Source: Actinomycetota bacterium
GTDB lineage: Bacteria; Actinomycetota; Thermoleophilia; RBG-16-64-13
Direction of reading: 5' to 3'
Length of the DNA: 64,000 nucleotides
NCBI GenBank assembly: GCA_016278725.1
Contig: JADQBG010000010.1
Span: 35,984 to 99,983, forward strand
In this document: positions 16,081 through 26,283 of the stretch, in pieces
Position numbering within the stretch: position 1 is the stretch's first letter
Layout of the letters: every line of letters begins with the position of its first letter
Notes under the pieces: model-generated
What the model was told of the DNA's origin: nothing
Database searches by the model: none
Seen by the model: only the letters and a program-made list of their open reading frames with translations
Translations under genes and position numbers: made by a program

Positions 16081-19000
16081 GCCTTGGCCACCGTCACCGC
16101 CACGGGGAGCCCGTTGACTTTGAGCTCTTCCCGGTACCGTCCGTCCCCGCTGCGGGGCGCGGTATCGCCGGCCTCGGCAGCCGCGCCTTCCTCGCCGCCG
16201 GACCCCATGGTCAGGGTTTCGCTGAGCGTCTCCTGACGCAGCCAGTCGCCGTACTCGGCGATCACCTCCGCAACCTGGTGGGGACCCTCGAGCGCCAGAT
16301 GGATGCGGTCCTCGATCTCCAGACCGGCGGCCTTGCGGGTGTTTTGCACGTGATGCAGCAACTCGCGCGCCAGTCCCTCGCGCGCCAATTCGGGGGTGAC
16401 CGTCGTGTCGAGGGCAACGGTCAGGTCGCCTTCCTGCTCCACGGCGTAGTTCTCCCGCTGCTCGGAGTCGACCACCAGATCCTCAGGTGCGAGCACCTGT
16501 TCCTCTCCACCTAGTTCCACGGTCACGCTCTGACCGGCCGAGACCTTGGCCGCCAGTTCGGCGGCGGGCAGCGCGGAAACCGCCGCCGCCAGCTCGGGCA
16601 TGCGGCTGCCGAAGCGCGGCCCCAGCACTCGATAGTTGGGTTTCACCGTGTAGCTCACGAGTCCGCCGGCATCGCCCAGGTAACGCACCGCCTTCACATT
16701 CAGCTCTTCGGCGACCACCGCCTCCAGGGTGCCGACCGCCTCTCGCTCGGCCTCGGGAGCCACCACCAGGGCCTCCGCCAGGGGCTGGCGGGTCTTCAGC
16801 TGACTGGCGTTCCGGGCGGCTCGGCCCAGGTTGACCACCCGCCGGGCGGCGTTCATGCGGAAGGAGAGATCCTCGTCGACCAGCTCGCGGTCCACCAGGG
16901 GCCAATCGCAGAGGTGCACCGACTCCGGCGCGGACGGGTCGCGTTCCGCCACCAGATTGCGGTACATCTCCTCGGCCAGGAACGGCGTGTAGGGCGCGAG
17001 CAATTTGCTGAGGGTGGCCAGGCACTCGTGGAGGGTCAGGTAGGCGGCGACCTTGTCGGTGTCCTCCTCGCCCTTCCAGAAGCGCCGCCGGGAACGACGC
17101 ACGTACCAGTTGGAGAGCTCGTCCACGAACTCGGCGATGGCGCGTCCCGGGGCAAAGGCGTCGTAGTTCTCGAGACCCTCGGTCACCGTGGCCACGACAC
17201 GGTTGAGCTCGGAGAGGATCCAGCGGTCGAGCAGCGAGCGCTCCTCCGCGGGCAGCTCGTGTTCGGCCGGATCGAAACCATCGATGTTGGCGTAGAGCAC
17301 GAAGAAGGAGTAGGTGTTCCAAAGGGTGAGGGTGAACTTGCGCACCACCTCGTCGATGGCCTCGGGGCTGAAGCGGCGGGCGTACCAGGGCGAGCTCACC
17401 GTGAAGAGGTACCAGCGCAGGGCGTCGGCGCCCTGCTGGTTGAGAATGGTCCAGGGGTCGACCACGTTGCCCAGCCGCTTGGACATCTTGCGGCCTTCGC
17501 CGTCCAATATGTGGCCCAGGCAAACCACGTTCTTGTAGCTGGTGTGCCCCTCGAGCAGAGCGCTGATCGCGAGCAGGCTGTAGAACCAGCCCCGCGTCTG
17601 GTCGATGGCCTCACAGATGAAGTCGGCGGGGAAGCGCTCGCGGAAGGTGTCGGCGTTCTCGTGCGGGTAGTGCCACTGGGCAAAGGGCATGCTCCCCGAG
17701 TCGAACCAGGCGTCGATCACCTCGGGCACGCGCCGCATCTGCTCGCCGCATTCGGGACAGCCGAAGGTCACCTCGTCCACCCAGGGGCGGTGCAGTTCGG
17801 GCACTTTTTCGTCCAACTCGGTGCGGCTCAGGCCGGCAAGCTCGGCCAATTCGTCGCGGGAGCCCACCGCCTGCTGGTGATCGTTGGGGCAGATCCAGAC
17901 CGGCAGCGGCGTTCCCCAGTAACGCTCCCGGGAGAGCGACCAGTCGACGTTGTTCTCCAGCCAGTTGCCGAAGCGGCCGTGCTTGAGGTGTTCCGGATAC
18001 CAGTTGATCTCCTCATTGGAGCTGAGCAGGGCGTCCTTCCTGGCGGTGGTGCGGATGTACCAGGAGCCCTTGGCGTAGTAGATCAGCGGCGTGTCGCAGC
18101 GCCAGCAGTGCGGATAGCTGTGCTCGTAGGGGACATGCAGATAGAGCAGGCCGATGTCGTCCAGGTCGCGCATGATCAACTCGTCGGCGTCCTTGACGAA
18201 CTTGCCCTCATACGGGGGCACCTCTGCGGTGAACTTGCCCTCCGCGTCCACCGGCATGATGACCGGCAGGTCGTTGGCCCGGCCCACGGCCATGTCGTCG
18301 GCGCCGAAGGCCGGGGCGATGTGCACGATCCCCGTGCCTTCCTCGGTGCTGACGAACTCTCCGGCGACGACGTACCAGGCCTCTTTGTCCGGCTGGATGA
18401 AGTTGAACGGCGGCCGGTAGCGGCGGCCTTTGAGCTCGCTGCCGGCAAAGGTCTCCTCGATCTCGGCCTCCGGGCCCAGGACCGCCTCCACCCGGTCGGC
18501 GGCCAGAACGAAGCGCTCCGTGCCCAGACGGGCGCGGGCATAGGTGATGCGCTCACCGATGGCGGCGGCGACGTTGGAAATCAGCGTCCAGGGCGTGGTG
18601 GTCCAGACCAGCAGGCTGATGCCGTCTTCCTGCTCCCCCGAATCGTCCAGCAGGGGGAAGCGCACGTAGATTGAGGGATCCACCACGTCGGAGTAGCCCT
18701 GGGCGAGTTCGTGCGAAGACAGGGCCGTGCCGCATCGGGGGCAGTACGGCACCACCTTGTAATCCTGGTAGAGGAGCTCCTGTTTCCAGAACTCCTTGAG
18801 GATCCACCAGACCGACTCGATGTAGTCGTCGGTCATGGTCCAGTAGGCCTCATCCAGGTCGAGCCAGAAGCCGATGCGCTCGGTCATGCGCTTCCAGTCG
18901 TCCACGTACTCGGTGACGGACTCCCGGCAGAGCCGGTTGAACTCGGCCATGCCGAAGTTCTCGATCTCTTCCTTCTTGTTGAGGCCCAGGCGCTTCTCGA

Positions 19001-19301
19001 TCTCGAGTTCGACGGGAAGTCCGTGACAGTCCCAGCCTCCCTTGCGGGGGACGTACCGCCCCTGCATGGTGCGAAAGCGGGGGTAGATGTCCTTGAAGAT
19101 GCGCGCCAGCACGTGGTGGGAACCGGGCTTACCGTTCGCCGTGGGCGGTCCCTCGTAAAAGACCCACTCCTCGGCACCCTCGCGGAGCTCGAGGCTCTTC
19201 GCGAAGATGTCGTTCTCTTTCCACCACTCGAGGATGCGCTCCTCCAGCTCGGGAAAGCGCTGTCCGGTATCCACCGGCCGGTAGAGCTGCTCCTCCGACA
19301 T
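16077..19301 (-). CDS. ileS: Isoleucyl-tRNA synthetase
   Basis: 1074 aa. HIGH-region (PPTANGKPGSHHVLARI), KMSKS (KMSKRLGNV), CP1 editing domain, and a Zn-finger-like C-terminus (CPRCGT ... CPECGE). Confidence 0.95.
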   Translation of the reverse strand: MSEEQLYRPVDTGQRFPELEERILEWWKENDIFAKSLELREGAEEWVFYEGPPTANGKPGSHHVLARIFKDIYPRFRTMQGRYVPRKGGWDCHGLPVELEIEKRLGLNKKEEIENFGMAEFNRLCRESVTEYVDDWKRMTERIGFWLDLDEAYWTMTDDYIESVWWILKEFWKQELLYQDYKVVPYCPRCGTALSSHELAQGYSDVVDPSIYVRFPLLDDSGEQEDGISLLVWTTTPWTLISNVAAAIGERITYARARLGTERFVLAADRVEAVLGPEAEIEETFAGSELKGRRYRPPFNFIQPDKEAWYVVAGEFVSTEEGTGIVHIAPAFGADDMAVGRANDLPVIMPVDAEGKFTAEVPPYEGKFVKDADELIMRDLDDIGLLYLHVPYEHSYPHCWRCDTPLIYYAKGSWYIRTTARKDALLSSNEEINWYPEHLKHGRFGNWLENNVDWSLSRERYWGTPLPVWICPNDHQQAVGSRDELAELAGLSRTELDEKVPELHRPWVDEVTFGCPECGEQMRRVPEVIDAWFDSGSMPFAQWHYPHENADTFRERFPADFICEAIDQTRGWFYSLLAISALLEGHTSYKNVVCLGHILDGEGRKMSKRLGNVVDPWTILNQQGADALRWYLFTVSSPWYARRFSPEAIDEVVRKFTLTLWNTYSFFVLYANIDGFDPAEHELPAEERSLLDRWILSELNRVVATVTEGLENYDAFAPGRAIAEFVDELSNWYVRRSRRRFWKGEEDTDKVAAYLTLHECLATLSKLLAPYTPFLAEEMYRNLVAERDPSAPESVHLCDWPLVDRELVDEDLSFRMNAARRVVNLGRAARNASQLKTRQPLAEALVVAPEAEREAVGTLEAVVAEELNVKAVRYLGDAGGLVSYTVKPNYRVLGPRFGSRMPELAAAVSALPAAELAAKVSAGQSVTVELGGEEQVLAPEDLVVDSEQRENYAVEQEGDLTVALDTTVTPELAREGLARELLHHVQNTRKAAGLEIEDRIHLALEGPHQVAEVIAEYGDWLRQETLSETLTMGSGGEEGAAAEAGDTAPRSGDGRYREELKVNGLPVAVTVAKA

Positions 19302-19304
19302 CGA

Positions 19305-19600
19305 TCCTCACTTCCTAGATAAAAGACAAAACCCCGCCGCCACGGCCGGGATCATGTCGATTGCATGATCCGCACCGTAGGGACGGGGCAAAAGCGCTTC
19401 CCGCGGTACCACCCTACTTGGCCCCTCCGGCGGCGCTTCCCGCCGCGGAGCGACCCGCTCATATTCCGGGGCGACGCCGTCCCGGCGCCACGCCCTCCTT
19501 CTGTCACGGGAAGGACCCGGCCAGGTCTACTCGGCCCTCTCGCCTGGCTACCGCGGTTCTTCGGCGGCGCTCGGCGTCCCGTATCCGGCGACGGCACGAC
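19305..19600 (-). promoter_or_regulatory. T-box riboswitch leader of ileS
   Basis: Minus-strand RNA contains AAGUAGGGUGGUACCGCGGGAAGCGC (forward coords ~19390-19422), matching the T-box consensus AAUUAGGGUGGNACCGCG 16/18 including the UGGN tRNA-acceptor-binding bulge. Downstream is a perfect 8-bp hairpin GGAUCAUG-CAAUCGA-CAUGAUCC and the SD GAGGA 6 nt before the AUG. Upstream stem-loops include AGAGGG/GAGUA-like elements. The specifier codon was not unambiguously identified. Confidence 0.8.
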
Positions 19601-19746
19601 TCGTTTCAGAGCGCACGGGCGCGGCCGGGAAGAGCCTTTCGGCTGGCGGCTCGGGGAGGATCTTGGGCGGGCGTTCCGGCCGGGCTCTCACCAACCCCGG
19701 CTCGCTCGGCGGATGAGCTCCGCTTACTCATTCCCGTCATCGCCTT

Positions 19747-20379
19747 TTGGACAGCCGAATTCTAGTCCCGGCAGAAGGAACTTTCAAGGCAGGAGAGGCT
19801 TTGGCAAGGCTCGAAAAGCGTTTGGCAAGAGAACCATCCGCGCCCGGGCGGCGGCAGACCCGGGCGGAGAGAACGCGGCAACGCAGGCGGGCGCGGCGTA
19901 GGTGGCAGCTGGTGGTGGTGGCCGCCTTCGCCCTCCTGTCGGCCGGACTGGGCGGCATTTTCATTCTTGGCCTCGGTGAAGACGTGGCCCAGAGCACACC
20001 GATTTCGGCCGCTCCCTCTTCCACCGAGGCAGGACCCTATGACTTTGCCGAAGCCGGCGCCGAGGCGCCCCTCGATGCCCTCGCCACGGCCAAGTTCGTC
20101 AGCGTGACGATTCAGGATCCGGAAGGGGTCAAAGCCTACTCCATCTCGCCGGAGCGCCCCGAGTTCGCCGAGTTGGCGGAACTGCTCCCCGGCAGGCCGA
20201 TCGATCTCAACCTCCCCGTACGCAGCGAGGCCACGGTTACCTTCGTCGCCGAGGACCGCTCGACCATCACCTTCGACCTGGACCTCTCTCAGCGGGTGGG
20301 CACCCGAGGAGAAGAGGCGTGGGAACTCTCACCCGCGGTTGGCGATCTGCTTCGAAGGCTGCAGGCCACCGGATCTTGA
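19747..20379 (+). CDS. Hypothetical single-pass membrane protein (Arg-rich cytoplasmic N-terminus, extracytoplasmic C-domain)
   Basis: RTRQRRRARRRWQLVVVAAFALLSAGLGGIFILGL TM segment, then a ~130-aa domain. No family recognised. Confidence 0.45.
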   Translation: MDSRILVPAEGTFKAGEALARLEKRLAREPSAPGRRQTRAERTRQRRRARRRWQLVVVAAFALLSAGLGGIFILGLGEDVAQSTPISAAPSSTEAGPYDFAEAGAEAPLDALATAKFVSVTIQDPEGVKAYSISPERPEFAELAELLPGRPIDLNLPVRSEATVTFVAEDRSTITFDLDLSQRVGTRGEEAWELSPAVGDLLRRLQATGS

Positions 20380-20496
20380 GCCCGGCCGGGCGCTCTGAAG
20401 CCCGCGCAGGCAGTCCACTGGTAGAATCCACACGCACACGGGTCCGTCCACCCCGTCCGATTCGCGGTTCCCAGCAAAGAGGACCCGGAGAAGCGA

Positions 20497-21663
20497 ATGA
20501 TCTACCTCGACAACGCAGCCACCTCCTGCCCCAAGCCCTCGACGGTCATCGCGGCGGTGACCCGGGCGCTCGCCGAAGTCTGCGCCAGCCCGGGCCGTGG
20601 CGCGTACGAACCGGCGCTGGAAGCGGGGCGCATCCTTTTGAAGGCCCGGCGCCAACTCGCCCGCTTGCTCTCCGCCCGCGACCCTTCACGCGTGGTGTTC
20701 ACGCTGAATGCCACCCACGGGCTCAACCTGGCGCTGAAAGGCCTGCTCGCCGAGGGCGACCACGTGGTGGTCTCGTCGCTGGAACACAACGCCGTGTGGC
20801 GTCCGCTCCAGTCCCTGGTCGCCAAGAGGGGGATCAGGGTCAGCCGCGTGCCCTGCGGCCAAGACGGCGAGACCGATCCCGCCGACGTGATCGCCGCCAT
20901 CCGCGCCGACACCCGGCTGGTGGCCCTCACCCACGCCTCGAACGTCCTGGGCACCCGGCTGGCCGTGGAGGAGATCGGGCCGGCGGTGCGGGAGCGGGAA
21001 AAGCTCTTCCTGGTGGACGCCGCGCAGACGGCCGGCAGCTACCCGATCGATGTCGAGGATTGGGCGGTCGACCTGCTCGCGGTGCCGGGCCACAAAGGGC
21101 TGCTGGGCCCTCAGGGCGTGGGCGCCCTCTACGTGGGCGAGCGCGCGCGGCTCGAGACTCTGGTCGAGGGAGGAACCGGCGGCAACTCCGAATCAGCCGA
21201 GCAACCCCAGTCGTTGCCGGACCGCTACGAAGCGGGCACGCCCAATACTCCCGGCATCGCCGGACTTAGCGCCGGACTGGATTTGATCCTGCAGGAGGGA
21301 CCTGCGGAGATCGGGCGGCGGGAGATGGTCCTTGCAGACGGCCTGCGCCGCAGGCTGGCCGAGATCGATGGCGTGCGCCTTTATGGTCCCGGTCCAGGGC
21401 TCGGTGCCGCCCCGGTGGTCCCCGTATTGCTGCCGGGCATGTCCTCCGCCGAGGCCGCCTTCATTCTCGACCGGGCCTACGGCATAGCGGTCAGATCCGG
21501 GCTCCACTGCGCCCCGGAAGCCCACCGCGTGGCGGGTACCCTGAATTCCGGCCTGGTTCGCTTCAGTCTGGGATACTTCAACGTGCAGGCCGACGTGGAT
21601 GCGGCCGTCGAAGCGGTAAGTGAGATCGCGGCCAAGACGGCCGCGCGACGGGAGGGCCCATGA
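20497..21663 (+). CDS. Class-V aminotransferase-fold PLP enzyme (cysteine desulfurase/selenocysteine lyase-like)
   Basis: MIYLDNAATSCPKP start typical of cysteine desulfurases; GVGALYV and the SGLHCAPEAHR active-site Cys region. The stop overlaps the MoxR start by 4 nt. Confidence 0.75.
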   Translation: MIYLDNAATSCPKPSTVIAAVTRALAEVCASPGRGAYEPALEAGRILLKARRQLARLLSARDPSRVVFTLNATHGLNLALKGLLAEGDHVVVSSLEHNAVWRPLQSLVAKRGIRVSRVPCGQDGETDPADVIAAIRADTRLVALTHASNVLGTRLAVEEIGPAVREREKLFLVDAAQTAGSYPIDVEDWAVDLLAVPGHKGLLGPQGVGALYVGERARLETLVEGGTGGNSESAEQPQSLPDRYEAGTPNTPGIAGLSAGLDLILQEGPAEIGRREMVLADGLRRRLAEIDGVRLYGPGPGLGAAPVVPVLLPGMSSAEAAFILDRAYGIAVRSGLHCAPEAHRVAGTLNSGLVRFSLGYFNVQADVDAAVEAVSEIAAKTAARREGP

Positions 21664-22661
21664 CGCCCAGCGAGAGCCCGATGGAACTGGTGGAAGAACG
21701 CCCGCGGCTAGAAGAGCAGGAAGTCACGGGCATCAGGGACGCGGCCCGGGCTATCGTCGACAACGTCAGTTCGGTCGTCCGGGGCAAGCGCGAGGTCGTG
21801 GAGTATTGCGTGGTCGCGCTCCTGGCCGAAGGCCACATCATGCTCGAGGATTTCCCCGGGGTGGGAAAGACCCTTTTGGCCAAGGCTCTGGCCCGCTCGC
21901 TTGATTGCCGCTTCTCGCGGATTCAGTTCACCCCCGATCTGCTGCCGGGGGACGTCACCGGCGTCAGCGTCTTCAACCAAAAGACGGTCGAGTTCGAATT
22001 CCGGGCGGGACCGATCTTCGCGAACATCGTGCTGGCGGACGAGATCAACCGGGCCTCTCCCAAAACCCAGTCGAGCCTGCTGGAGGCCATGCAGGAGCGG
22101 CAGGCCACGGTCGACCGCGTCACCTATCCGATTCAGACGCCCTTCGTGGTCATCGCCACGCAAAACCCCATCGAATACGAGGGCACCTTCCCCCTTCCCG
22201 AGGCGCAACTGGACCGTTTCATGGTGCGCCTCAGCCTGGGCTACCCGGAACTGGACGAAGAACTGCGGCTGCTGTCCGAACAGGCCTCGCGCGATCCTCT
22301 GCTCGATCTGTCTCCGGTGATCCGGGGAGACGAACTGATGCTGATGATCGACGCCGGCCGGCGGGTGCGCACCGCGCCGGCGGTCCACCGCTACGTGGTC
22401 GATCTCTCGAACGCCACCCGCAACAACGACGACCTCTATCTGGGTGCAAGTCCACGGGCGGGACTCGCGCTGCTGCGGGCATCCATGGCACTCGCCCTCC
22501 TCCGAGGCAGAGATTTCGTGGTCCCCCAGGACGTCAAGGATCTGGCCGCCCCGGTCCTCTCTCACCGGCTGATACTGGCACCGGAAGCCAAGCTGCGCGG
22601 GCTCACCCCGGACGCCGTGGTGGCGGGCCTCTTGGACGTGGTGCCGGTCCCAACGAGGTAG
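21660..22661 (+). CDS. MoxR-family AAA+ ATPase
   Basis: Walker A GVGKTLLAK, Walker B ILLADEINRASPKTQSSLLEAMQE, sensor regions, and the typical ~330 aa length. Confidence 0.9.
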   Translation: MTPSESPMELVEERPRLEEQEVTGIRDAARAIVDNVSSVVRGKREVVEYCVVALLAEGHIMLEDFPGVGKTLLAKALARSLDCRFSRIQFTPDLLPGDVTGVSVFNQKTVEFEFRAGPIFANIVLADEINRASPKTQSSLLEAMQERQATVDRVTYPIQTPFVVIATQNPIEYEGTFPLPEAQLDRFMVRLSLGYPELDEELRLLSEQASRDPLLDLSPVIRGDELMLMIDAGRRVRTAPAVHRYVVDLSNATRNNDDLYLGASPRAGLALLRASMALALLRGRDFVVPQDVKDLAAPVLSHRLILAPEAKLRGLTPDAVVAGLLDVVPVPTR

Positions 22662-22666
22662 TCACT

Positions 22667-23896
22667 GTGCCCACACCACGCGGCCTCGGTCTCCTGCTGA
22701 TCGCCTTTGGATCCTACGTCGCCGCGCGCCTGGTCGGGACCTGGGAGCTCTACCTGATCTCGCTGGCCCTGGTGGCCTTGGTGGCCATTCCCGCGCTGGC
22801 TCTGCTCCCGATGGGCCGGCGGTTGGAACTCTCCTGGTATTTTCATCCCAATCGGCCCGAGGCCGGGTCCACTCCGGAACTCGAACTGACCCTGCACAAC
22901 CGCTCGTGGCTGCCCTCCCCCGGCCTACGCCTGGCCGCGCCCCTGCAGCCACTGTCCGGAGAGACTCTCAGCCTGGACGTGGCCCCCCTGCTGCCGGGCC
23001 GCTCGCGCGCGCGCCGGCAGGAACTCATGCCCGTGCGCCGAGGGCGGCACGAGTTGCCGCCCATCGAGGGCGTGCTGCGTGACCCGCTGGGTTTGGTGAC
23101 CCGCCGGCTGACGTTGAGCCGCCTGGAGGTGACCGTGCGTCCTCGGCTGTTGCCGCTGTCGGGTACCTCCTTCTTGTCCGCCCCTCGAGCCGCCCTCCGC
23201 GGCCGTCGTCTGCGCCCCTTGAGCAGCGGCAGCGACCTGCGGGGCGTGCGGCCGCATCTGCCCGGCGAGCCGCTCTCGCACATCGACTGGAAGAGCACGG
23301 CGCGAACCGGGCAGCTCATGCTTCGGGAGACCGAGGACGAAGCCGGAGGCGAGGTGGTGCTCGTCCTGGACGGAACCCGGGCTTCGGTGATGGGGGAGCC
23401 TCCGCAGACCAGCTTCGAAGCGGGGGTCGAGGTCGCCGCAGGCGCGGGCGCCTATCTGCTGCGCTTCCGCCGTCCGGTCGCCCTCCTGGTTCACGGCGAG
23501 GCCGAGCCGGAGCGGCGGTTTTCCCCAGGCAGCGCGGGCGAACAGAGCCTACTCGACCGCCTGGCCGAGGTCGAGGCGCGGGCCGAGATGGATTTGGCTC
23601 AGACGCTGGCAAATACCGACCGGTTCGCTCAGGCCACGGCGGCAGTCGTGATCACCCCCGGCTTCGGGGACCGTCTCCTGCGCTCGCTGCTGGTCCTCGC
23701 GGACCGGCACATCGGCGTCTCGGTCGTTCTCATCGACTCCTGGTCCTATCTGGACCAAGGAGCCGTTGCAGGAGCCGACATCGAGCGAAAGCGGTTCCTG
23801 CTGCGCCTGCAATCCGCGGGGATACCTGGCCTGGTCCTGCACAAAGGTGATTCGCTCGAGCGGGTGCTGTCGCGAACCGGGCAGGCAGCAGTCTGA
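22667..23896 (+). CDS. DUF58 (vWA-like) protein, MoxR partner
   Basis: Two N-terminal TM helices, then the DUF58 region (GSDLRGVRPHLPGEPLSHIDWKSTARTGQLMLRE ... VLVLDG). GTG start 6 nt after the MoxR stop. Its stop TGA overlaps the next ATG (TGATG). Confidence 0.7.
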   Translation: MPTPRGLGLLLIAFGSYVAARLVGTWELYLISLALVALVAIPALALLPMGRRLELSWYFHPNRPEAGSTPELELTLHNRSWLPSPGLRLAAPLQPLSGETLSLDVAPLLPGRSRARRQELMPVRRGRHELPPIEGVLRDPLGLVTRRLTLSRLEVTVRPRLLPLSGTSFLSAPRAALRGRRLRPLSSGSDLRGVRPHLPGEPLSHIDWKSTARTGQLMLRETEDEAGGEVVLVLDGTRASVMGEPPQTSFEAGVEVAAGAGAYLLRFRRPVALLVHGEAEPERRFSPGSAGEQSLLDRLAEVEARAEMDLAQTLANTDRFAQATAAVVITPGFGDRLLRSLLVLADRHIGVSVVLIDSWSYLDQGAVAGADIERKRFLLRLQSAGIPGLVLHKGDSLERVLSRTGQAAV

Positions 23897-26283
23897 TGAT
23901 GGCGCTTCGCAGAATTCTCTACGGGGCGGCGTTCGCCGGGTTGGCGCTCTGGTCCATCCTCGCCCTCGAACGGGTGCTGGAGACCGACGGCAGCCGGCCT
24001 CTCTTCCTGGCCGGCCTCCTCGGGCTGACCGTGGGACTACCGGGTCTCGTACACCGCCGTCTGAATGCTCTGGCGCCGGGAGTCCTCCTGGTCGCCGGCT
24101 ACGTGCTGCTCAGATTGGTGACGCCGCTGCCCGAAGGCGGGATGGACTGGCACGCGCAGTACGCCTTTTACGCGGGCGAGTTGCGAAGCGGCTTTGAGGC
24201 CTATCGTTTTGCCGTCTTTCCCCTCCCCCTCGAGGACACGCCGGGACTCGAGCTTCTCGTGATGTTGTGGGCCTTCGCCATAGTGGGCCTCGCCTCGATG
24301 GTGGCATTGGGCGGAAGGCGCCCGCTGCTGGGCACGACGGTGCTGCTCGCGCTCCTGGCCTTCGTGCTGACCGTGGATGCCATGGACCGCGACGTGGCCG
24401 TGACACTCGGCTTCCTGGCCTTGGCGGTGCTGGTCCTGCTCTTTACCGAGGCGGGCTCACGCCGCAGCTGGGGTTTAGGCGAGCTCGGGGCCGGCCTCCT
24501 GGTTGGCTTCACCAGTCTGGGGCTCGCCGCCTTCGTGCTCACGGCCGCGCCGGGCATAGCAGCACCTGCCATCGAGAACTGGCGGGAGTGGCGGCCCTTC
24601 GGAGAGGGCGCCAACGAAGTGGTGTTCAATTGGAAGCAGAACTATCCGCGGCTTCTGGATCCCCGCAACGAGATCCAGCTGATGGAGGTCGAGTCCCCGG
24701 TCCCCTCATACTGGCGGGCCAACACGCTCGAGGTATTCACCGGCGATGCCTGGCTCAGCCGCGGCACCTTCTACGACCGCCTGGTCCCGCTGGCCAGCGG
24801 CGGATTCGAGCGGGCCGGCGACCTGGAGCCGTCCCCGCGGGGCACTCCCCTCTACCAGCGATTCAAGTTCGACGGGATCTCCAGCACCTACCTCTTCTCC
24901 GGCGGGCACATCCTGGGGATCTGGCCCGAAGAAGGCTTCCCCGACGACGAGCCGGTGCTCTACGCCTCCCCCTCCGGGGCGGTGCGGGCGGAGTATGCCT
25001 TGCGCGCGCCTGCCACCTACCGAGTCCTGGCCTCGGTCTCGCAATTCGCTCCCGAGGAGCTGGTGGGGCGGGGAAGAGAGTATCCCTCCCACATCACTCA
25101 GAACTACCTGGATCTGCCGCTGCCGAGCGCAGCCGACATCTCCCGGCGGGCCGCGGCAGGAGAGGACTGGAAGGCTCAGGTCGCAGCCGGGTCACCTCGA
25201 GGCGGCGAGTACGTGGGACTGTACGAGCTCAACCGCCAAATCGTGGGCGATGCCTCCGATCCCTATGAGATTGCCTTGCGCGTGGAGAAGCACCTGCGCG
25301 AGAGCTATGCCTACTCTCTCGAGGTTCCGGAATCTTCGTTCATCTCTCCGTACGCCGCCTTCCTCTTCGATCACCGCACGGGATACTGCCAACACTTCGC
25401 GGGCTCGATGACCCTGCTCTTGCGCCTCAACGGGGTGCCTGCCCGGGTCGCCGTGGGCTTCACCCCCGGGCGGCGTTCGGGCCCGGAGTCCTACGTGGTC
25501 ACCAGCAACAACGCCCACGCCTGGGTGGAAGCCTACTTCCCGGAAGCCGGCTGGGTGGCCTTCGATCCCACCCCGGGCAGAGAATTCCCCACGCCCGGCC
25601 CCTCCACGGCCTCTCCCGAGTTCGAGAGCCCCTTCGCCGCGCCCCTCACCGGTGCCGTTGACGAAGCCGGGAATCCGGCCGACGTCCAAACGGGCCTCCC
25701 CGCGGGGGCGGGGGCGGATCCTGGGGAACAGGACGGCCAAAGCGTGACCACTCCCAACGCCTCCGGGCCGGTTCGTTCCATCCTGGCAATCGCAATGCTG
25801 CTCCCGCTTTTGGCAGTGCCTCCCCTGGTCCGTTGGCGCGTAGAGGCCCTGCGCTCCCGCCGATCTCCACAGTCGCGGGTGCCTGCCTCCGTGGAGGGCC
25901 TTTGCCGCAACGCGCGGGACCTGGGACTCCCGGTGAGTTCGGCCTCGACCCCCGAACAGCTGGCGCGGGCGATCAAACGGGCGACCCACATCGACGCGCG
26001 GTTCTTCTCCGGCGCGGCTCAGCAGATACTCTATGGAGGCCGGCGGGCGACGATGCGGGATGCGCACGATGCGGAAACACTGCAGCGCCGGGTCGAACGC
26101 GCTCTTGTCCGGAAGAAGGGAAAGGTCTGGTCCTTCCTCGCCTGGTACGGAGGAATCCGCTTCGCGGCGGCCGTGGCCTCGGCGGACCGGCGTCTCGGCG
26201 CCGGAGTGCGCGCCTTCAAGAGCGGCCGGCGGAGTTCGGGAAAGGAAGCCATGGAGCAACCAAGGAGGCTGGCGTGGCCATAA
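23896..26283 (+). CDS. Transglutaminase-like domain membrane protein (N-terminal multi-TM DUF3488-like, C-terminal TGase core, extra TM near C-terminus)
   Basis: ~6 N-terminal TMs. TGase catalytic core (GYCQHFAGSMTLLLRLNGVPARVAVGF ... NAHAWVEAYFPEAGWVAFDPT; Cys-His-Asp). Forms the classic MoxR-DUF58-TGase triad. Confidence 0.8.
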   Translation: MMALRRILYGAAFAGLALWSILALERVLETDGSRPLFLAGLLGLTVGLPGLVHRRLNALAPGVLLVAGYVLLRLVTPLPEGGMDWHAQYAFYAGELRSGFEAYRFAVFPLPLEDTPGLELLVMLWAFAIVGLASMVALGGRRPLLGTTVLLALLAFVLTVDAMDRDVAVTLGFLALAVLVLLFTEAGSRRSWGLGELGAGLLVGFTSLGLAAFVLTAAPGIAAPAIENWREWRPFGEGANEVVFNWKQNYPRLLDPRNEIQLMEVESPVPSYWRANTLEVFTGDAWLSRGTFYDRLVPLASGGFERAGDLEPSPRGTPLYQRFKFDGISSTYLFSGGHILGIWPEEGFPDDEPVLYASPSGAVRAEYALRAPATYRVLASVSQFAPEELVGRGREYPSHITQNYLDLPLPSAADISRRAAAGEDWKAQVAAGSPRGGEYVGLYELNRQIVGDASDPYEIALRVEKHLRESYAYSLEVPESSFISPYAAFLFDHRTGYCQHFAGSMTLLLRLNGVPARVAVGFTPGRRSGPESYVVTSNNAHAWVEAYFPEAGWVAFDPTPGREFPTPGPSTASPEFESPFAAPLTGAVDEAGNPADVQTGLPAGAGADPGEQDGQSVTTPNASGPVRSILAIAMLLPLLAVPPLVRWRVEALRSRRSPQSRVPASVEGLCRNARDLGLPVSSASTPEQLARAIKRATHIDARFFSGAAQQILYGGRRATMRDAHDAETLQRRVERALVRKKGKVWSFLAWYGGIRFAAAVASADRRLGAGVRAFKSGRRSSGKEAMEQPRRLAWP

